The notes: generated by a model from the sequence alone, not told the origin. A stretch of DNA of 64,000 bases from Syntrophaceae bacterium UBA4054 (GCA_002383495.1 DFZO01000045.1:68442-132441); one strand, 5' to 3'; shown: positions 1-13,380, counted from the first letter of the stretch. Made by a program: numbers and translations.

Positions 1-653
1 GCTTCCTCGACGGGGATGATCTGGGATCGGCCAAGGCCGGCGCGAACAGGCTCATTCACGCAGGCATCAGGGAAAGCAGCGAAAAGCTTTCGGACCAGTT
101 TTTCCGTTTCATTCGCGACGGCAAACTTGTCCTCGGGGTCTGCAACGGGTTCCAGCTGATGGTGAAGCTGGGACTGCTTCCCGCCTTTGACGGCGATTAT
201 CTGAAACAGACGGCGACACTCACCTTCAACGATTCGGGGCGGTTCGAAGACCGGTGGGTCTATCTCAATATCCTGAGAGACACCCCCTGCGTCTTTACCC
301 GGGACATCGAGAGGATGTATCTCCCCGTGCGGCACGGTGAAGGAAAATTCGTCGCGAAAAACAGGAGCGTCCTGAGAAGACTTCACCTGCAGGGGCAGGT
401 GGTTGTGCGCTACAGTGATGCAAAATGTCTTGACGCCGTCATGGAATATCCGCTGAACCCTAACGGAGCGACAGATGCCGTTGCCGGTATCTGTGACGAA
501 ACGGGCCGTCTTTTCGGCCTCATGCCCCACCCCGAGGCCTACCTTCATCGGACGAACCATCCGCGATGGACCCGGGAAAATCTGCCCGAAGAGGGTATGG
601 GTCTGGCCGTCTTCAGAAACGCCGTCGATTTCATCCGGAGTCCGGAATTCTGA
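1..653 (+). CDS. purL: Phosphoribosylformylglycinamidine (FGAM) synthase, C-terminal glutamine amidotransferase domain; 5' end lies outside the window
   Basis: Frame 3 is open from the window edge. It contains the catalytic-Cys motif GVCNGFQ upstream of the listed Met, and GLMPHPE near the C-terminus. Confidence 0.8.
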   Translation, partial: FLDGDDLGSAKAGANRLIHAGIRESSEKLSDQFFRFIRDGKLVLGVCNGFQLMVKLGLLPAFDGDYLKQTATLTFNDSGRFEDRWVYLNILRDTPCVFTRDIERMYLPVRHGEGKFVAKNRSVLRRLHLQGQVVVRYSDAKCLDAVMEYPLNPNGATDAVAGICDETGRLFGLMPHPEAYLHRTNHPRWTRENLPEEGMGLAVFRNAVDFIRSPEF

Positions 654-662
654 TTTCCGGGT

Positions 663-989
663 TTAGAGGATATCCTTCTTTATGGCCTCGAATTCTTCCC
701 GGCTGATTTCCCCCCGCGCATATCGCTTCTGCAGGATGTCCAGCGCGGATTCGTCCTTGCCGATTCCGTGACCGATAGTGCCCGACTTCATCGCCCAGCG
801 GACCAGAACGATAACGGCAATGATGATGGCCGCCCAGAAGATCACCATCATGATAGGCATGATCCACCCGACAATTCCCCATCCCATCATCCAGGGTCCC
901 GTGCCCCATTCATCGCCGCCCCGCCACTGGCCCCAGGCGCTGCCCGCTGCGGTCAGGATGAGAGACAGGCTCATTATGGTTTTCTTCAT
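663..989 (-). CDS. Small secreted/membrane protein with C-terminal SHOCT-like domain
   Basis: Internal start MKKTIMSLSLILTAAGSAWG looks like a signal peptide. A Gly/Trp/Met-rich hydrophobic segment follows. The C-terminus LQKRYARGEISREEFEAIKKDIL is typical of SHOCT. Confidence 0.55.
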   Translation of the reverse strand: MKKTIMSLSLILTAAGSAWGQWRGGDEWGTGPWMMGWGIVGWIMPIMMVIFWAAIIIAVIVLVRWAMKSGTIGHGIGKDESALDILQKRYARGEISREEFEAIKKDIL

Positions 990-1064
990 TTCATAACCCC
1001 TTTTGTTTGTCAGGTTTAAACAGGTCGTAGCTCCTGTCTGGAACGTTCCATTCAGCAATCCCGC

Positions 1065-4233
<3,169 letters not shown>

Positions 4234-4236
4234 GAT

Positions 4237-7200
4237 CTACTTTTCTTCCAGAGATTTTTTTATTTTTGTCGCAATGAATTCCACGGACTCACCCAACAGG
4301 GTTCCAATGGACAGCACGTCGAGGTAGCTGTCGTCCCAGGTGAGGTTGTATTCATGGATCATGTTTCTCACATCGTTGTAACGGTCTCCCAGGACGGCGG
4401 CCTTTTCCTTCGTGGAGAGGGATTCATTGAACTCCACATGAACAAGGAGGAGATTCCGGACACCGGGCTTATTCCCGAGCAAAGGGATGATCGTGATGGC
4501 CGCTCCGTCGGATTTCCCGTAACCCGCGAAGAGATTGCCGGTTCTCACAATCGTCCTCTTCGTGCCCATGAGCCTCTTCGACGCTTCGGCCCTCGATTTC
4601 ATCTCAAGCGATACGCCCTCTCTCTGGCGGATGGCAATGGTGGATGTGTCCAGAGGGACGCCTTCCTCATCCAGATCGTTGACATCGTATAACGTGTATC
4701 CTTTGATTCTTGATATGGCGCGCTGAATCCGGTTCAGAGCCAGGACGTTCTGTCCTTTCAGGTTTCTTTCCAGGAATCGGAGCGCCTTGAGGATGTCGAA
4801 GAATGGACCCTTAAGCACTTCTTCCTTCCTGCTCGTCCCGACGGTCACGGTTTTTGCCTGGTGCCGGATGGCGTCAATGGGCCTTGAGAGCTCATCCACC
4901 GCGTGACCGAGAGCGACGTTCAGAAGCTCGATGGGATTCGCCGTGTTGTCCCCGTTGAATTCCGCCCAGTAGTCTTCCAGAGGGAGTTTGCCGGAGGCGT
5001 ATTTGACCAGGAGGGAGATGTCCGAGATGGTTTTCACGCTGGTCGGAGAAAAGGATCCTCTGTTTCGGAGTTCATTGAACTTCAAATAAAAGCGGTCCAG
5101 GGTCAAATGAAGGTTCTTGTCCGCCAGCCTCTCATAAAGGGAATAGGCCTTCCGGTTCTGTCGGACCATCTCGAGGTTCAGAACATTCCGGAACTCCTGG
5201 AAGAAGGACGAGTCTTCGTCGATGCTGCAGGCGGCGTAATAACCCCAGAGGTGCCCGGCCATGGTATTGAGAATGACGGGAAGCGGCATCGGGCCCGCCG
5301 GAAGAGAGATGACGGAATCGGCAATTTCTTCGAAACGGGGATCCCCTTCGTCGGCAAAGACGACCACCCCGGCCTTATGGGCCTTGAAGATGGAGACATC
5401 CTTGATGATGTCGCCGAGGACGGCTTCCGGGCTCCCCGCGGCACAGACAATGATGAGCGGCTCCGCGGAGAGATCGATGTGCTTTTTGTCTTCGACGATA
5501 TCCGATGAAATGGTCTTGTAGCACAATTCGCTCAATTTGATCCGGATTTCATCGGCGGCGACCTTGTTCGGCCCGCTGCCCACGACGGCCCAGTATTTTT
5601 TTCTCCGGGTGATGTCCCAGGCGGATGCTCTTATCATCGCCGCTTTTTCCAACACCCTGTTCATGAGGAGCGGCGCCTGTTCCAGGGCTTTCAGTTCGCC
5701 CACGATCGCCTCGTTGCCGAAACCCAGCAACTGGCTGATGCAGAGAGCCAGAATATGGCCGGCCACAATCTGGGAGTAGAAGGCCTTGGTGGAGGCGACG
5801 GACATCTCAATGTCCCGGCCGTCGCTCGTGTAGAAGACCCCGTGGGCCCTGTGGGTGATATCCGATTGCCTTCGGTTCACGATGGCGATGACGATGGCCC
5901 CCCGTTCCGCCGCCATGGCAACGGCCCGGTTGGTGTCCGTGGTTGTCCCCGACTGGGTGATGGCGATAACCAGCGTATCGCTCAGATCGTCCGCCAGCGC
6001 GAAGCCGCTGAGTTCCGAAGCCTTCTTCGCTTCCACGGTAAAAGGCTTACCCTTCAGATAGCGGGCGAAACCGTCGGCGACGGCCGCTCCCGCCACGGCC
6101 GCCGTCCCGTGACCGATGATGACCATATGCCGGATTTTCTTCCCGACCAGGTCTTTCTTCAGTCGCGGCGGAAGAATGTCTTCTCCGAGATTGAAAGTGA
6201 CTTTCCCGTCTTGTGAAATGCGGTACTTTCCTCTCAGGGTTTTTTTCACGGACAGAGAGGATTCCGATATTTCTTTCAGGAAGAAGTGCGGATGCGGTCC
6301 CCGGTCAATGTCGCGTGTCGTGATCTCGGCCTGCTTTTCGTCGCTTTTCGAGAGGAGAAACGGCGTCCCGTCATAATAAAGCGTCTGAATTCCCGAGAGC
6401 CCTCCCCGCGGGGTTCCCTGGATAATGAAGATCTGGCCTCCTCCATCGCTCTCCCCATTCATCTTGACGAAGCGGGGCGTGCCTTCCACCAGGCCGTACA
6501 GTTCCGAGGAAAAGATGTACTTGTCTTCACAGATGCCGACATATATGGATTGCCCGCTCCCCTTGAGAGCGAGAAAAACCCTGCCGGGTTCCAGATTGCT
6601 CGTTATGGCGATGGCGTGGGAACCCTCGAAATCGCACACGGCAAGGCGGAAAGCTTCCGTGAGGTCATGGCCGGCCATGAGGTGTTTCTCGATTTCCAGT
6701 GGAATGATTTTCGTGTCCGTGGTCAGCTCCGGGGCGATGAGGTTCCTGTCGCCCGCCTCGAGATCATTCCGGAGGGCCTGGTAGTTGTCGATGTCTCCGT
6801 TCAAAACCACGTTGATGGACCAGTCCCCTTCTCCGTAGCGGGGATATTTTTTCACCGCCCGCGGAATCATCATGAGGTCAACGGCCTCCATGGAGAGGGG
6901 AAGGCCGCACATTCCTCCCGGCGGGATGGGCTGGGAGCCTTCCGCGGCGTCGGGCAGGGTGAAATTATTGATGGGGTGGCAGTTCTCTTCAGTGATGGAT
7001 CCCACGGAGGCCCAGCGCGTGTGGGCCATGGATGACAGGGACAAGGCTCCACTCCGGACAAACGCATGGAAGCTTTCATCAGCCCGGATCATATTTCTCA
7101 ACTCACGGACGTTTCTTCCCAGTTCTCCGATCACGGAAGCCGTCTTATAGGTGAAGCTCAAAAGGACCGCTCCATCCAAGCCGCCAGGGCAGGAGAGATG

Positions 7201-8061
7201 AACGGATCCGCTCAGCAGATCCCCCGCGCCGATCCGCTTCAAAAAATCTTTAGAAAGGTTATGCTTCCGGAGGGATTCCAGGACTTTTTCAAAGCTCTTG
7301 CTGCCCGCGAAGGTGAAGGTGATCTGAATTCCCGCAGAGTCTCTCCCCCTCACCTCGATACGGTCCATGCAGTTCAGCAGGTAATTGACCTGGGCATATA
7401 TCCTGAAGCCCTCACCGGAAAAACCCCTCGTACCCGATAGTCCCTCGATTTTGGACAGATTGTCCAGAATGTCTTTTTCCAGACTCCAGCAGATATCCTT
7501 CAGGAGGATGAGACGGCTGTTGATCGTTTCCAGGGACTCCGTCGAAAAATGATCGGCCTTTTTCTCCAGCCGTTTATCCTCCCGGAGGATAAAGGCGTTC
7601 ATCTCTTTTGAGAGATCGTTGAGACTTCGGGCCTTTTCAGCATCGGAGAAAATATTCTCAAAGACGCGATCCTCTTTCAAACGCAGAACGGCCCTGTTCA
7701 TTTCGTCGAGCGTTTTTCGGGAGACAAGATAGGATTCAGGAGGGATGCTTCCCTGGATGACCTCGGAGAGGCCTTTTTCCCGGAGTGCCCTGAAATGCCG
7801 GAGGATCGTTCCGGAGGGATCGATTCTCCGGTCTTTTCGAGACCTCGTCTTGAAGGTCACGATACCCGTGAGTCCGCAGAAGAGATGACAGGGCAGGACG
7901 GGGAAGATGATCATGGAAAACGAAGGGGCCCTGCGCGGATCCACGCCGACATAGATCCTGCAATTCAAGAGAAGAAGCGCCCGGCGAAGGAAGGATTTCA
8001 ACAGGCGCCCGGGATGTCCCGTTTCTGTTTTTGCGGTTTTTTTCTTACGGTTCATGTTCAC
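4237..8061 (-). CDS. Giant GlmS-like protein: class-II (Ntn) glutamine amidotransferase-like domain plus two SIS domains, with long N-terminal, internal and C-terminal extensions
   Basis: GlmS-like motifs RGRDSAG, HTRWASVGS, VVLNGDIDNY and TDTK. SIS motifs ITQSGTTTDT and VVGSGPNKVAADEIRIKLSE. A CGLTGIV motif sits at residues 62-68. An alternative start at Met50 (nt 7914) is possible. Confidence 0.7.
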   Translation of the reverse strand: MNMNRKKKTAKTETGHPGRLLKSFLRRALLLLNCRIYVGVDPRRAPSFSMIIFPVLPCHLFCGLTGIVTFKTRSRKDRRIDPSGTILRHFRALREKGLSEVIQGSIPPESYLVSRKTLDEMNRAVLRLKEDRVFENIFSDAEKARSLNDLSKEMNAFILREDKRLEKKADHFSTESLETINSRLILLKDICWSLEKDILDNLSKIEGLSGTRGFSGEGFRIYAQVNYLLNCMDRIEVRGRDSAGIQITFTFAGSKSFEKVLESLRKHNLSKDFLKRIGAGDLLSGSVHLSCPGGLDGAVLLSFTYKTASVIGELGRNVRELRNMIRADESFHAFVRSGALSLSSMAHTRWASVGSITEENCHPINNFTLPDAAEGSQPIPPGGMCGLPLSMEAVDLMMIPRAVKKYPRYGEGDWSINVVLNGDIDNYQALRNDLEAGDRNLIAPELTTDTKIIPLEIEKHLMAGHDLTEAFRLAVCDFEGSHAIAITSNLEPGRVFLALKGSGQSIYVGICEDKYIFSSELYGLVEGTPRFVKMNGESDGGGQIFIIQGTPRGGLSGIQTLYYDGTPFLLSKSDEKQAEITTRDIDRGPHPHFFLKEISESSLSVKKTLRGKYRISQDGKVTFNLGEDILPPRLKKDLVGKKIRHMVIIGHGTAAVAGAAVADGFARYLKGKPFTVEAKKASELSGFALADDLSDTLVIAITQSGTTTDTNRAVAMAAERGAIVIAIVNRRQSDITHRAHGVFYTSDGRDIEMSVASTKAFYSQIVAGHILALCISQLLGFGNEAIVGELKALEQAPLLMNRVLEKAAMIRASAWDITRRKKYWAVVGSGPNKVAADEIRIKLSELCYKTISSDIVEDKKHIDLSAEPLIIVCAAGSPEAVLGDIIKDVSIFKAHKAGVVVFADEGDPRFEEIADSVISLPAGPMPLPVILNTMAGHLWGYYAACSIDEDSSFFQEFRNVLNLEMVRQNRKAYSLYERLADKNLHLTLDRFYLKFNELRNRGSFSPTSVKTISDISLLVKYASGKLPLEDYWAEFNGDNTANPIELLNVALGHAVDELSRPIDAIRHQAKTVTVGTSRKEEVLKGPFFDILKALRFLERNLKGQNVLALNRIQRAISRIKGYTLYDVNDLDEEGVPLDTSTIAIRQREGVSLEMKSRAEASKRLMGTKRTIVRTGNLFAGYGKSDGAAITIIPLLGNKPGVRNLLLVHVEFNESLSTKEKAAVLGDRYNDVRNMIHEYNLTWDDSYLDVLSIGTLLGESVEFIATKIKKSLEEK

Positions 8062-8064
8062 GAT

Positions 8065-9279
8065 TCACTTCAGGGTTCCCTGCGGCGACCCTATCCCCGC
8101 AGAAGCCCGCTTCACGATGTCGTCCAGAACGGCCTGGAGCCAGTCCGTTCCAAGCGCGACCTCACTTGGAAGAAGACCCTGAATGACACGGATGTAATCG
8201 GGCCCTTCTTTTATGATTTGATCCTGTATGACGCGGATAAAGGCGTCCCGTTCCCGCGCCGCCGTCTTCTCTTCGATTTTCGAAGTGAAGCAGACCACAA
8301 GTTCGGGCCACCTGATTTTCTGAATGAAAGGATGCGACGCCGCCGATTCGATGAACTCCCGGAGCCGCTGAAGCCTTTCGAGCAGAGCCATTTCCAGCTT
8401 TCCGGAGGCTCCCTGGTCCATCTCTTCGCCGAACTCCCTGGCGTGAAAGAAGATCCGGCGGATGCGGGCATACCATTGCCGAAGAACAAGGAGGCTGGCC
8501 AGATAATGGATATTGTTCCAGACCTTTCTCTCCACATCTCCGTGAACGCCCTCCCGGGAAAAAACCTTATCCGGGAGGCTTTTCCCGCTGCCGATCAGCT
8601 TTCCCCCTTCCGGTGAATCCTTCCGCAAGATCGTTCCCGCCCGCACAACCGTTCCGTACCCGATTCGGACGGGACCGACGAGGCCGCCCTGGCCCCCTAA
8701 AAAAACAGGGGGCTGATTGATCATCACCCCCCTGGGAACGTCCCCGATCAGGGAAGGCGTCGCCTTGTCCTGATTGGGCGTATAGTTGAAATGGATGTAG
8801 GAACTGCCCACCTCGCTGTGATTTTTCCGGCTTGTTCCGCCCGCCATCAGGCAGTCACAGAAATTGATCAGGCTTCCCAGGGTCACGAAGGGGAAAAGGA
8901 TCGTTTGTTTCAATCCCACGTTGTGGCCGATCCGCACCCCTTCCTCGAGGATGCAGCCCTCTCTCACCTGGGCGCCTGAAGCGACGCTGACCCCTTCAAG
9001 AAAGAGAGAGTCCCGGCAGAAACCGCCCCCGAGTTCCACCCCTGTGCCGATCTGGCAGTTGACGGCTGTGAGCGGAGACTCGTAACCGAGGATCGCGCCC
9101 GACCCGATGGTTGTTTGACCGCCGAACAGTTTCGTTCCGCTGTGCAGGACGGCTCCGTAGCCTGAGATGCGGCCCGCATCCACGTCATCCCCGATCTCAA
9201 TGGAATAGGGGCAGGGTATTCGCACTCCCTTTTTCATCAATGCAATGATTTTATCGTTTAATTTGAAATCCTTTGTCAT
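8065..9279 (-). CDS. Left-handed beta-helix (hexapeptide-repeat) protein, GlmU C-terminal-like, with helical C-terminal domain
   Basis: The first ~230 residues carry repeated [LIV]G-x4 hexapeptide periodicity. The stop lies 3 nt upstream of the GlmS-like gene. Confidence 0.65.
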   Translation of the reverse strand: MTKDFKLNDKIIALMKKGVRIPCPYSIEIGDDVDAGRISGYGAVLHSGTKLFGGQTTIGSGAILGYESPLTAVNCQIGTGVELGGGFCRDSLFLEGVSVASGAQVREGCILEEGVRIGHNVGLKQTILFPFVTLGSLINFCDCLMAGGTSRKNHSEVGSSYIHFNYTPNQDKATPSLIGDVPRGVMINQPPVFLGGQGGLVGPVRIGYGTVVRAGTILRKDSPEGGKLIGSGKSLPDKVFSREGVHGDVERKVWNNIHYLASLLVLRQWYARIRRIFFHAREFGEEMDQGASGKLEMALLERLQRLREFIESAASHPFIQKIRWPELVVCFTSKIEEKTAARERDAFIRVIQDQIIKEGPDYIRVIQGLLPSEVALGTDWLQAVLDDIVKRASAGIGSPQGTLK

Positions 9280-9473
9280 GCGAGCAACTCATTTTAAAAG
9301 GAAGTAATGAAATCGATAGATAAAAGCGGGATGGAAATGGATCACAAACCGGTTTCTGCGCCTCAACGACCATTCAAATAATTTGAGGAGATGTATCACC
9401 GACGCGCTCAAAATGCAAGGAACAATCTTCCTGTAAATTGCCGACAATAATGTGTCTTTCGCTTACCCCCCCC

Positions 9474-10235
9474 CTATATTTTTCCTCTCAGCTTGGCCCA
9501 GACAATGCCCAGATATTCATGGAAGGCCGTTTCCGATTTCCGCAGTGCGCCCGCGCCCGGGTAAAAATCATCCGGAGTGAGGGTTTCCTTTGTTTTGACG
9601 CACAAACCGGCGGGGGCGGGAACCGGTTTCATCTGCTCTTTCCTGAAGAGGGCCATCGACCGGGGCATATGGGCGGCCGACGTGACAAGAACAAATTTAT
9701 CTCTGCCCACGATGTCGCGTATCTTCCGGACCTGTTCTTCCGTGTCCCGGGATGCGGATTCGATGACCATGTCTTTTTCGGTGACCCCGAGCTCCCGCGC
9801 GGCCCCTGCCATCACCTCCGCCTCCGGGACGGGCTGAAAGACCGCGCCCCCCGAGAGAAGCAGTTTGCACCCCGGCAGATGCCGCTGCAGGCGAATCCCT
9901 TCCGCGAGGCTGGCGAGGGAATGTCTCGACAACTGACTCGTGGCGGGGTAACCTTTTTCCGCAATGACGCCGGCGCCGAGCACGGCGATCCATCTGGCGC
10001 CGCGGACTTCGGAGAGACCGGCCGGAGGATACCGGCATTCCAGGGGCATGATCAGTCTGCTTGAGACGGCGTTGTAGCTCATGAGGGCGAGCAGGAGAAT
10101 GCCGAAGGTCATGAGAATTTTTCCCATCCGTTCCCTCTTCCTCGACCAGAGGAGGATCAGACCCACCAGAAGCAGAAGGAGACTGAGGGTCAGGGGAAGG
10201 AAAAGGGGAGAAACAATTTTTTTGAAGAGAAACAT
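9474..10235 (-). CDS. YdcF/ElyC-type DUF218 membrane-anchored protein
   Basis: N-terminal TM segments, then LLLSGG and FVLVTSAAHMPRS motifs typical of DUF218. Confidence 0.7.
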   Translation of the reverse strand: MFLFKKIVSPLFLPLTLSLLLLLVGLILLWSRKRERMGKILMTFGILLLALMSYNAVSSRLIMPLECRYPPAGLSEVRGARWIAVLGAGVIAEKGYPATSQLSRHSLASLAEGIRLQRHLPGCKLLLSGGAVFQPVPEAEVMAGAARELGVTEKDMVIESASRDTEEQVRKIRDIVGRDKFVLVTSAAHMPRSMALFRKEQMKPVPAPAGLCVKTKETLTPDDFYPGAGALRKSETAFHEYLGIVWAKLRGKI

Positions 10236-10354
10236 GGGAAACCTCCAATTTAGGCTAAGGGCGAAAGGCTAAGGGCAAAAGGGTAAGGAAGAAATTTTCG
10301 GGCAGGGGAGCGTTTACGCTCCCGAACATGGGCGCCTGAAGGCGCCCCTACCCC
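10236..10354. repeat. Modular intergenic repeat (family R3), copy 1
   Basis: Contains TAGGCTAAGGGCGAAAGGCTAAGGGCAAAAGG and the hairpin module GGCAGGGGAGCGTTTACGCTCCCG. The exact reverse complement of that hairpin module recurs near 25505-25530. Confidence 0.6.
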
Positions 10355-11758
10355 CTACGGGTCGGGTTCCTCGCTTGAATCCTTGACCCCTGCCGAAGGT
10401 CCGCCTTTGGCGGAACCCCTTGAATCCTGCTTTATCTTTTTCCATTTTTCCAATCTTTCCCGGATGAGCTTTTCGTAGCCCCTGTCCGTGGGCCTGTAAT
10501 AGACTTGGCCTTTGAGCTTGTCGGGCAGGTATTCCTGGGGGGCATAGGCGTCCTCGTAGTTGTGGGCGTAGCGATAATCGCTGCCGTAGCCGAGCTCCTT
10601 CATCAGTCTCGTGGGTGCGTTTCGGATGTGCAGGGGGACGGGCAGGGTGCCGGTTTCACGGATGGACTGCTTCACCTTCCCGTAACCGGCGTACAGGGCG
10701 TTGCTTTTCGGCGCCGTGGCCAGATAAACGGCCGCCTGGGCCAGCGCCAGTTCGCCTTCAGGCAGGCCGATGAACTGGAAGGACTGCATGGCGGACATGG
10801 CGACGGTGAGCGCCTGCGGGTCGGCGTTGCCGATATCTTCCGAGGCGAACCGCACCATCCGGCGGGCGATGTAGAGCGGATCCTCACCCGCGGCGAGCAT
10901 GCGGCCCAGCCAGTAGAGGGCGGCATCGGGATCGCTTCCCCGGAGGCTTTTGTGAAGGGCCGATATGAGGTTGTAATGCTCTTCTCCGAGTTTGTCGTAC
11001 TGAAGAGCCTTTTTCTGCAGGGCCTTTTCGACGATCTCACGGGTGATCCGGCTCCCGCCGGCGCTTTTATCCTGAACCATGGAAGCGGCCGCCTCGAGAT
11101 TGTTCAAGGCGGCGCGGGCGTCCCCATCCGCCGCCCAGATGATTCGCTCCAGGGCCTCGGGCTCGATGTCCAGCGATCGCTTTCCAAAACCCTTATCTCC
11201 GTCGGCCAGCGCGCGTCCCAATATCGTCCGCAGCTCCTCATCGGAATAGGGATGGAGAACAAAGACACGGGTTCGCGAGAGGAGGGGTGCGATGACTTCG
11301 AAGGAAGGATTTTCCGTCGTGGCCCCGATCAGGGTGATGAGACCGCTTTCCACGTGGGGCAGAAAGGCGTCCTGCTGGGCCTTGTTGAAGCGGTGAATCT
11401 CATCGACGAAGAGGATGGTTTTCCTGTTGTTGCGGCGGATCTGCTGTTTGGCTTCCTCGATGACCGCCCGGATTTCCTTCACGCCCGAGAGAACGGCGGA
11501 GAAGGTCTCGAAGTAAGCCCGGGTCTCCCGGACAATGATGCGGGCGAGGGTTGTTTTCCCGGAGCCGGGAGGACCCCAGAAGATCATGGAAAAGAGGAGG
11601 TCCTCTTCCATGGCACGGCGCAGCAGGCTGTCTTTTGCAAGCAGATGCTGCTGACCGATGAATTCATCCAGTGTCCCGGGGCGCATCCGGTCTGCCAGAG
11701 GACGATCTGTCTGTTCGAGTTCTTTGCGGGTCTGATCGAAGAGGTCCATAGTAAACAA
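10355..11758 (-). CDS. rarA: Replication-associated recombination protein A (AAA+ ATPase)
   Basis: Walker [10 protein letters not shown] and Walker [11 protein letters not shown], plus the MgsA C-terminal region. The last ~25 aa are encoded by a repeat (see findings). Confidence 0.9.
   Translation of the reverse strand: MFTMDLFDQTRKELEQTDRPLADRMRPGTLDEFIGQQHLLAKDSLLRRAMEEDLLFSMIFWGPPGSGKTTLARIIVRETRAYFETFSAVLSGVKEIRAVIEEAKQQIRRNNRKTILFVDEIHRFNKAQQDAFLPHVESGLITLIGATTENPSFEVIAPLLSRTRVFVLHPYSDEELRTILGRALADGDKGFGKRSLDIEPEALERIIWAADGDARAALNNLEAAASMVQDKSAGGSRITREIVEKALQKKALQYDKLGEEHYNLISALHKSLRGSDPDAALYWLGRMLAAGEDPLYIARRMVRFASEDIGNADPQALTVAMSAMQSFQFIGLPEGELALAQAAVYLATAPKSNALYAGYGKVKQSIRETGTLPVPLHIRNAPTRLMKELGYGSDYRYAHNYEDAYAPQEYLPDKLKGQVYYRPTDRGYEKLIRERLEKWKKIKQDSRGSAKGGPSAGVKDSSEEPDP
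10375..10432 (-). repeat. Repeat family R4, copy a, inside the 3' end of rarA
   Basis: 10409-10428 GGCGGAACCCCTTGAATCCT is the perfect reverse complement of 11767-11786. Similarity extends over ~55 nt. Confidence 0.65.
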
Positions 11759-11815
11759 AGGGTTCGAGGATTCAAGGGGTTCCGCCAGAGGCGGACATCC
11801 GGCAACGGTTCAAGT
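11757..11815 (+). repeat. Repeat family R4, copy b, immediately upstream of the rarA start
   Basis: AGGATTCAAGGGGTTCCGCCAGAGGCGGACATCCGGCAACGGTTCAAG with an internal TCCGCC/GGCGGA hairpin. Confidence 0.65.
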
Positions 11816-11894
11816 GAAAAAATTTACATCAAAATATCACAAGGAGTGTTGTCAAGGCAAATAAAAGAGAAGAGGTCTGCAGTCGGTGAAATGC

Positions 11895-11932
11895 AAAAAA
11901 GGGTCGAGAGGTCGTTGTTATTCACTCGACCC
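11895..11932 (-). terminator. Rho-independent terminator downstream of trpB2
   Basis: On the minus strand GGGTCGAG (11932-11925) pairs with CTCGACCC (11908-11901). A T6 run follows (plus-strand A run 11895-11900). Confidence 0.6.
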
Positions 11933-11948
11933 CTCGAACCCTTTCTTT

Positions 11949-13310
11949 TTACGGTTTCGGGAATTTTTCGATGGCCTTTAACGCTCGTTTGATCTCCTCT
12001 TCCGGTAGCTCGTGAGCCTCCAGCTTTCCCGAAAGATAAGCATCGTAGGACGGCAGATCGATGAGTCCGTGACCGCTCCAGTTGAAGAGGATGATCTTCT
12101 TTTTCCCTTCTTCCTTCGCACGGCGGGCCTCTTCCACCACGGCGGCGATGGCGTGGTTCGTCTCCGGCGCGGGGATGAAGCCCTCCGTTCTTGCCCATTT
12201 CACGCCGACATCAAAGGTTTCAATCTGGTTGTACGCTCGTGCCTCAATGAGTTTTTCCTTGCACAGATGACTGATGATGGGTGACATGCCGTGGTAACGC
12301 AGACCGCCCGCGTGAATCGCCTCGGGCACGAAATCGTGGCCCAGCGTGTACATGGCGAGCAGCGGCGTCATCTGGGCGATGTCTCCGAAGTCATAGGCGA
12401 AGGGCCCCCGCGTCAGGGTCGGGCAGGAGCTGGGTTCGGTGGCGATGATCCGGATCTGCTTGCCGTGGATCTTGTCCCGCACGAAGGGGAGGCTGATCCC
12501 GGCAAAGTTGCTCCCGCCGCCCGCGCAGCCAATGACCACGTCGGGGTAGACGCCGATTTTCGCCAGTTGTTTCTGAGCTTCGAGTCCGATGATGGTCTGG
12601 TGCATGCAGACGTGGTTCAGGACGCTCCCCAGCGAGTACTTTGCGTTCTTGCTCGTCACGGCTTCCTCGATGGCTTCGCTGATGGCGATGCCGAGACTGC
12701 CGGGAGAATCGGGATGGTCGGACAGGACCTTCCGCCCCGCCGCGGTCTCGGTGCTGGGACTGGGAACACAGTTGGCGCCCCAGGTGGCCATCATCATCCG
12801 GCGATAGGGCTTCTGCTCGAAGCTGACACGAACCATGAAGACCTTGCATTCTATTCCAAACATGTGGCAGGCCATGCTGAGGGCGCTTCCCCATTGACCG
12901 GCGCCGGTCTCGGTGCATATTTTCTTGGTTCCCGCCAGCTTGTTGTAGTAGGCCTGGGCCACGGCTGTATTGGGCTTGTGGGATCCCGGAGGACTCACGC
13001 CTTCATTCTTGTAGTAGATCTCCACGGGAGCGTCCAGCAGCTTCTCGAAGTTGCGGGCGCGGCAGAGGGGTGAGGGACGCCAGAGAAGATATTTTTCCAG
13101 GATGGGTTCGGGGATGTCGATCCAGCGCTCCGAGCTCACCTCCTGCTCGATGAGGGCCATGGGGAAAATGGGGGCGAGATCCTGGGGCCCCACTGGCTTT
13201 CCTGTCGCCGGATGGAGCGGGGGCGCCATGGGCGTGGGCATGTCTGCCAGGATGTTGTACCATTGTCTGGGAATTTCACTGTCCTTTAATAATACCTTTG
13301 TTTCTTCCAT
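11949..13310 (-). CDS. trpB: TrpB2-type tryptophan synthase beta chain (stand-alone, PLP-dependent)
   Basis: 453 aa, the TrpB2 length class. Motifs GAGQWGSAL and GGGSNFAG. No trpA or other trp genes are adjacent. Confidence 0.85.
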   Translation of the reverse strand: MEETKVLLKDSEIPRQWYNILADMPTPMAPPLHPATGKPVGPQDLAPIFPMALIEQEVSSERWIDIPEPILEKYLLWRPSPLCRARNFEKLLDAPVEIYYKNEGVSPPGSHKPNTAVAQAYYNKLAGTKKICTETGAGQWGSALSMACHMFGIECKVFMVRVSFEQKPYRRMMMATWGANCVPSPSTETAAGRKVLSDHPDSPGSLGIAISEAIEEAVTSKNAKYSLGSVLNHVCMHQTIIGLEAQKQLAKIGVYPDVVIGCAGGGSNFAGISLPFVRDKIHGKQIRIIATEPSSCPTLTRGPFAYDFGDIAQMTPLLAMYTLGHDFVPEAIHAGGLRYHGMSPIISHLCKEKLIEARAYNQIETFDVGVKWARTEGFIPAPETNHAIAAVVEEARRAKEEGKKKIILFNWSGHGLIDLPSYDAYLSGKLEAHELPEEEIKRALKAIEKFPKP

Positions 13311-13348
13311 GATGCGTCCTCCTTTTTATATGTATTGTCTTACTCTCA

Positions 13349-13380
13349 ATAAAAAAGCCATGGACATAACCCATGGCTTG
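13349..13380 (-). terminator. Attenuator terminator in the trpB2 leader
   Basis: Minus strand reads AAGCCATGG-GTTATGT-CCATGGCTT followed by TTTTT. It lies ~40 nt upstream of the trpB2 ATG. Confidence 0.7.

Noticed and set aside
10505-11992. 495-aa ORF on the plus strand
   Set aside because: Antisense shadow of rarA. Other long ORFs were rejected for the same reason: 3715-4692, 22835-23860, 35755-36882, 45025-45828, 54476-55597 and 60259-61308.
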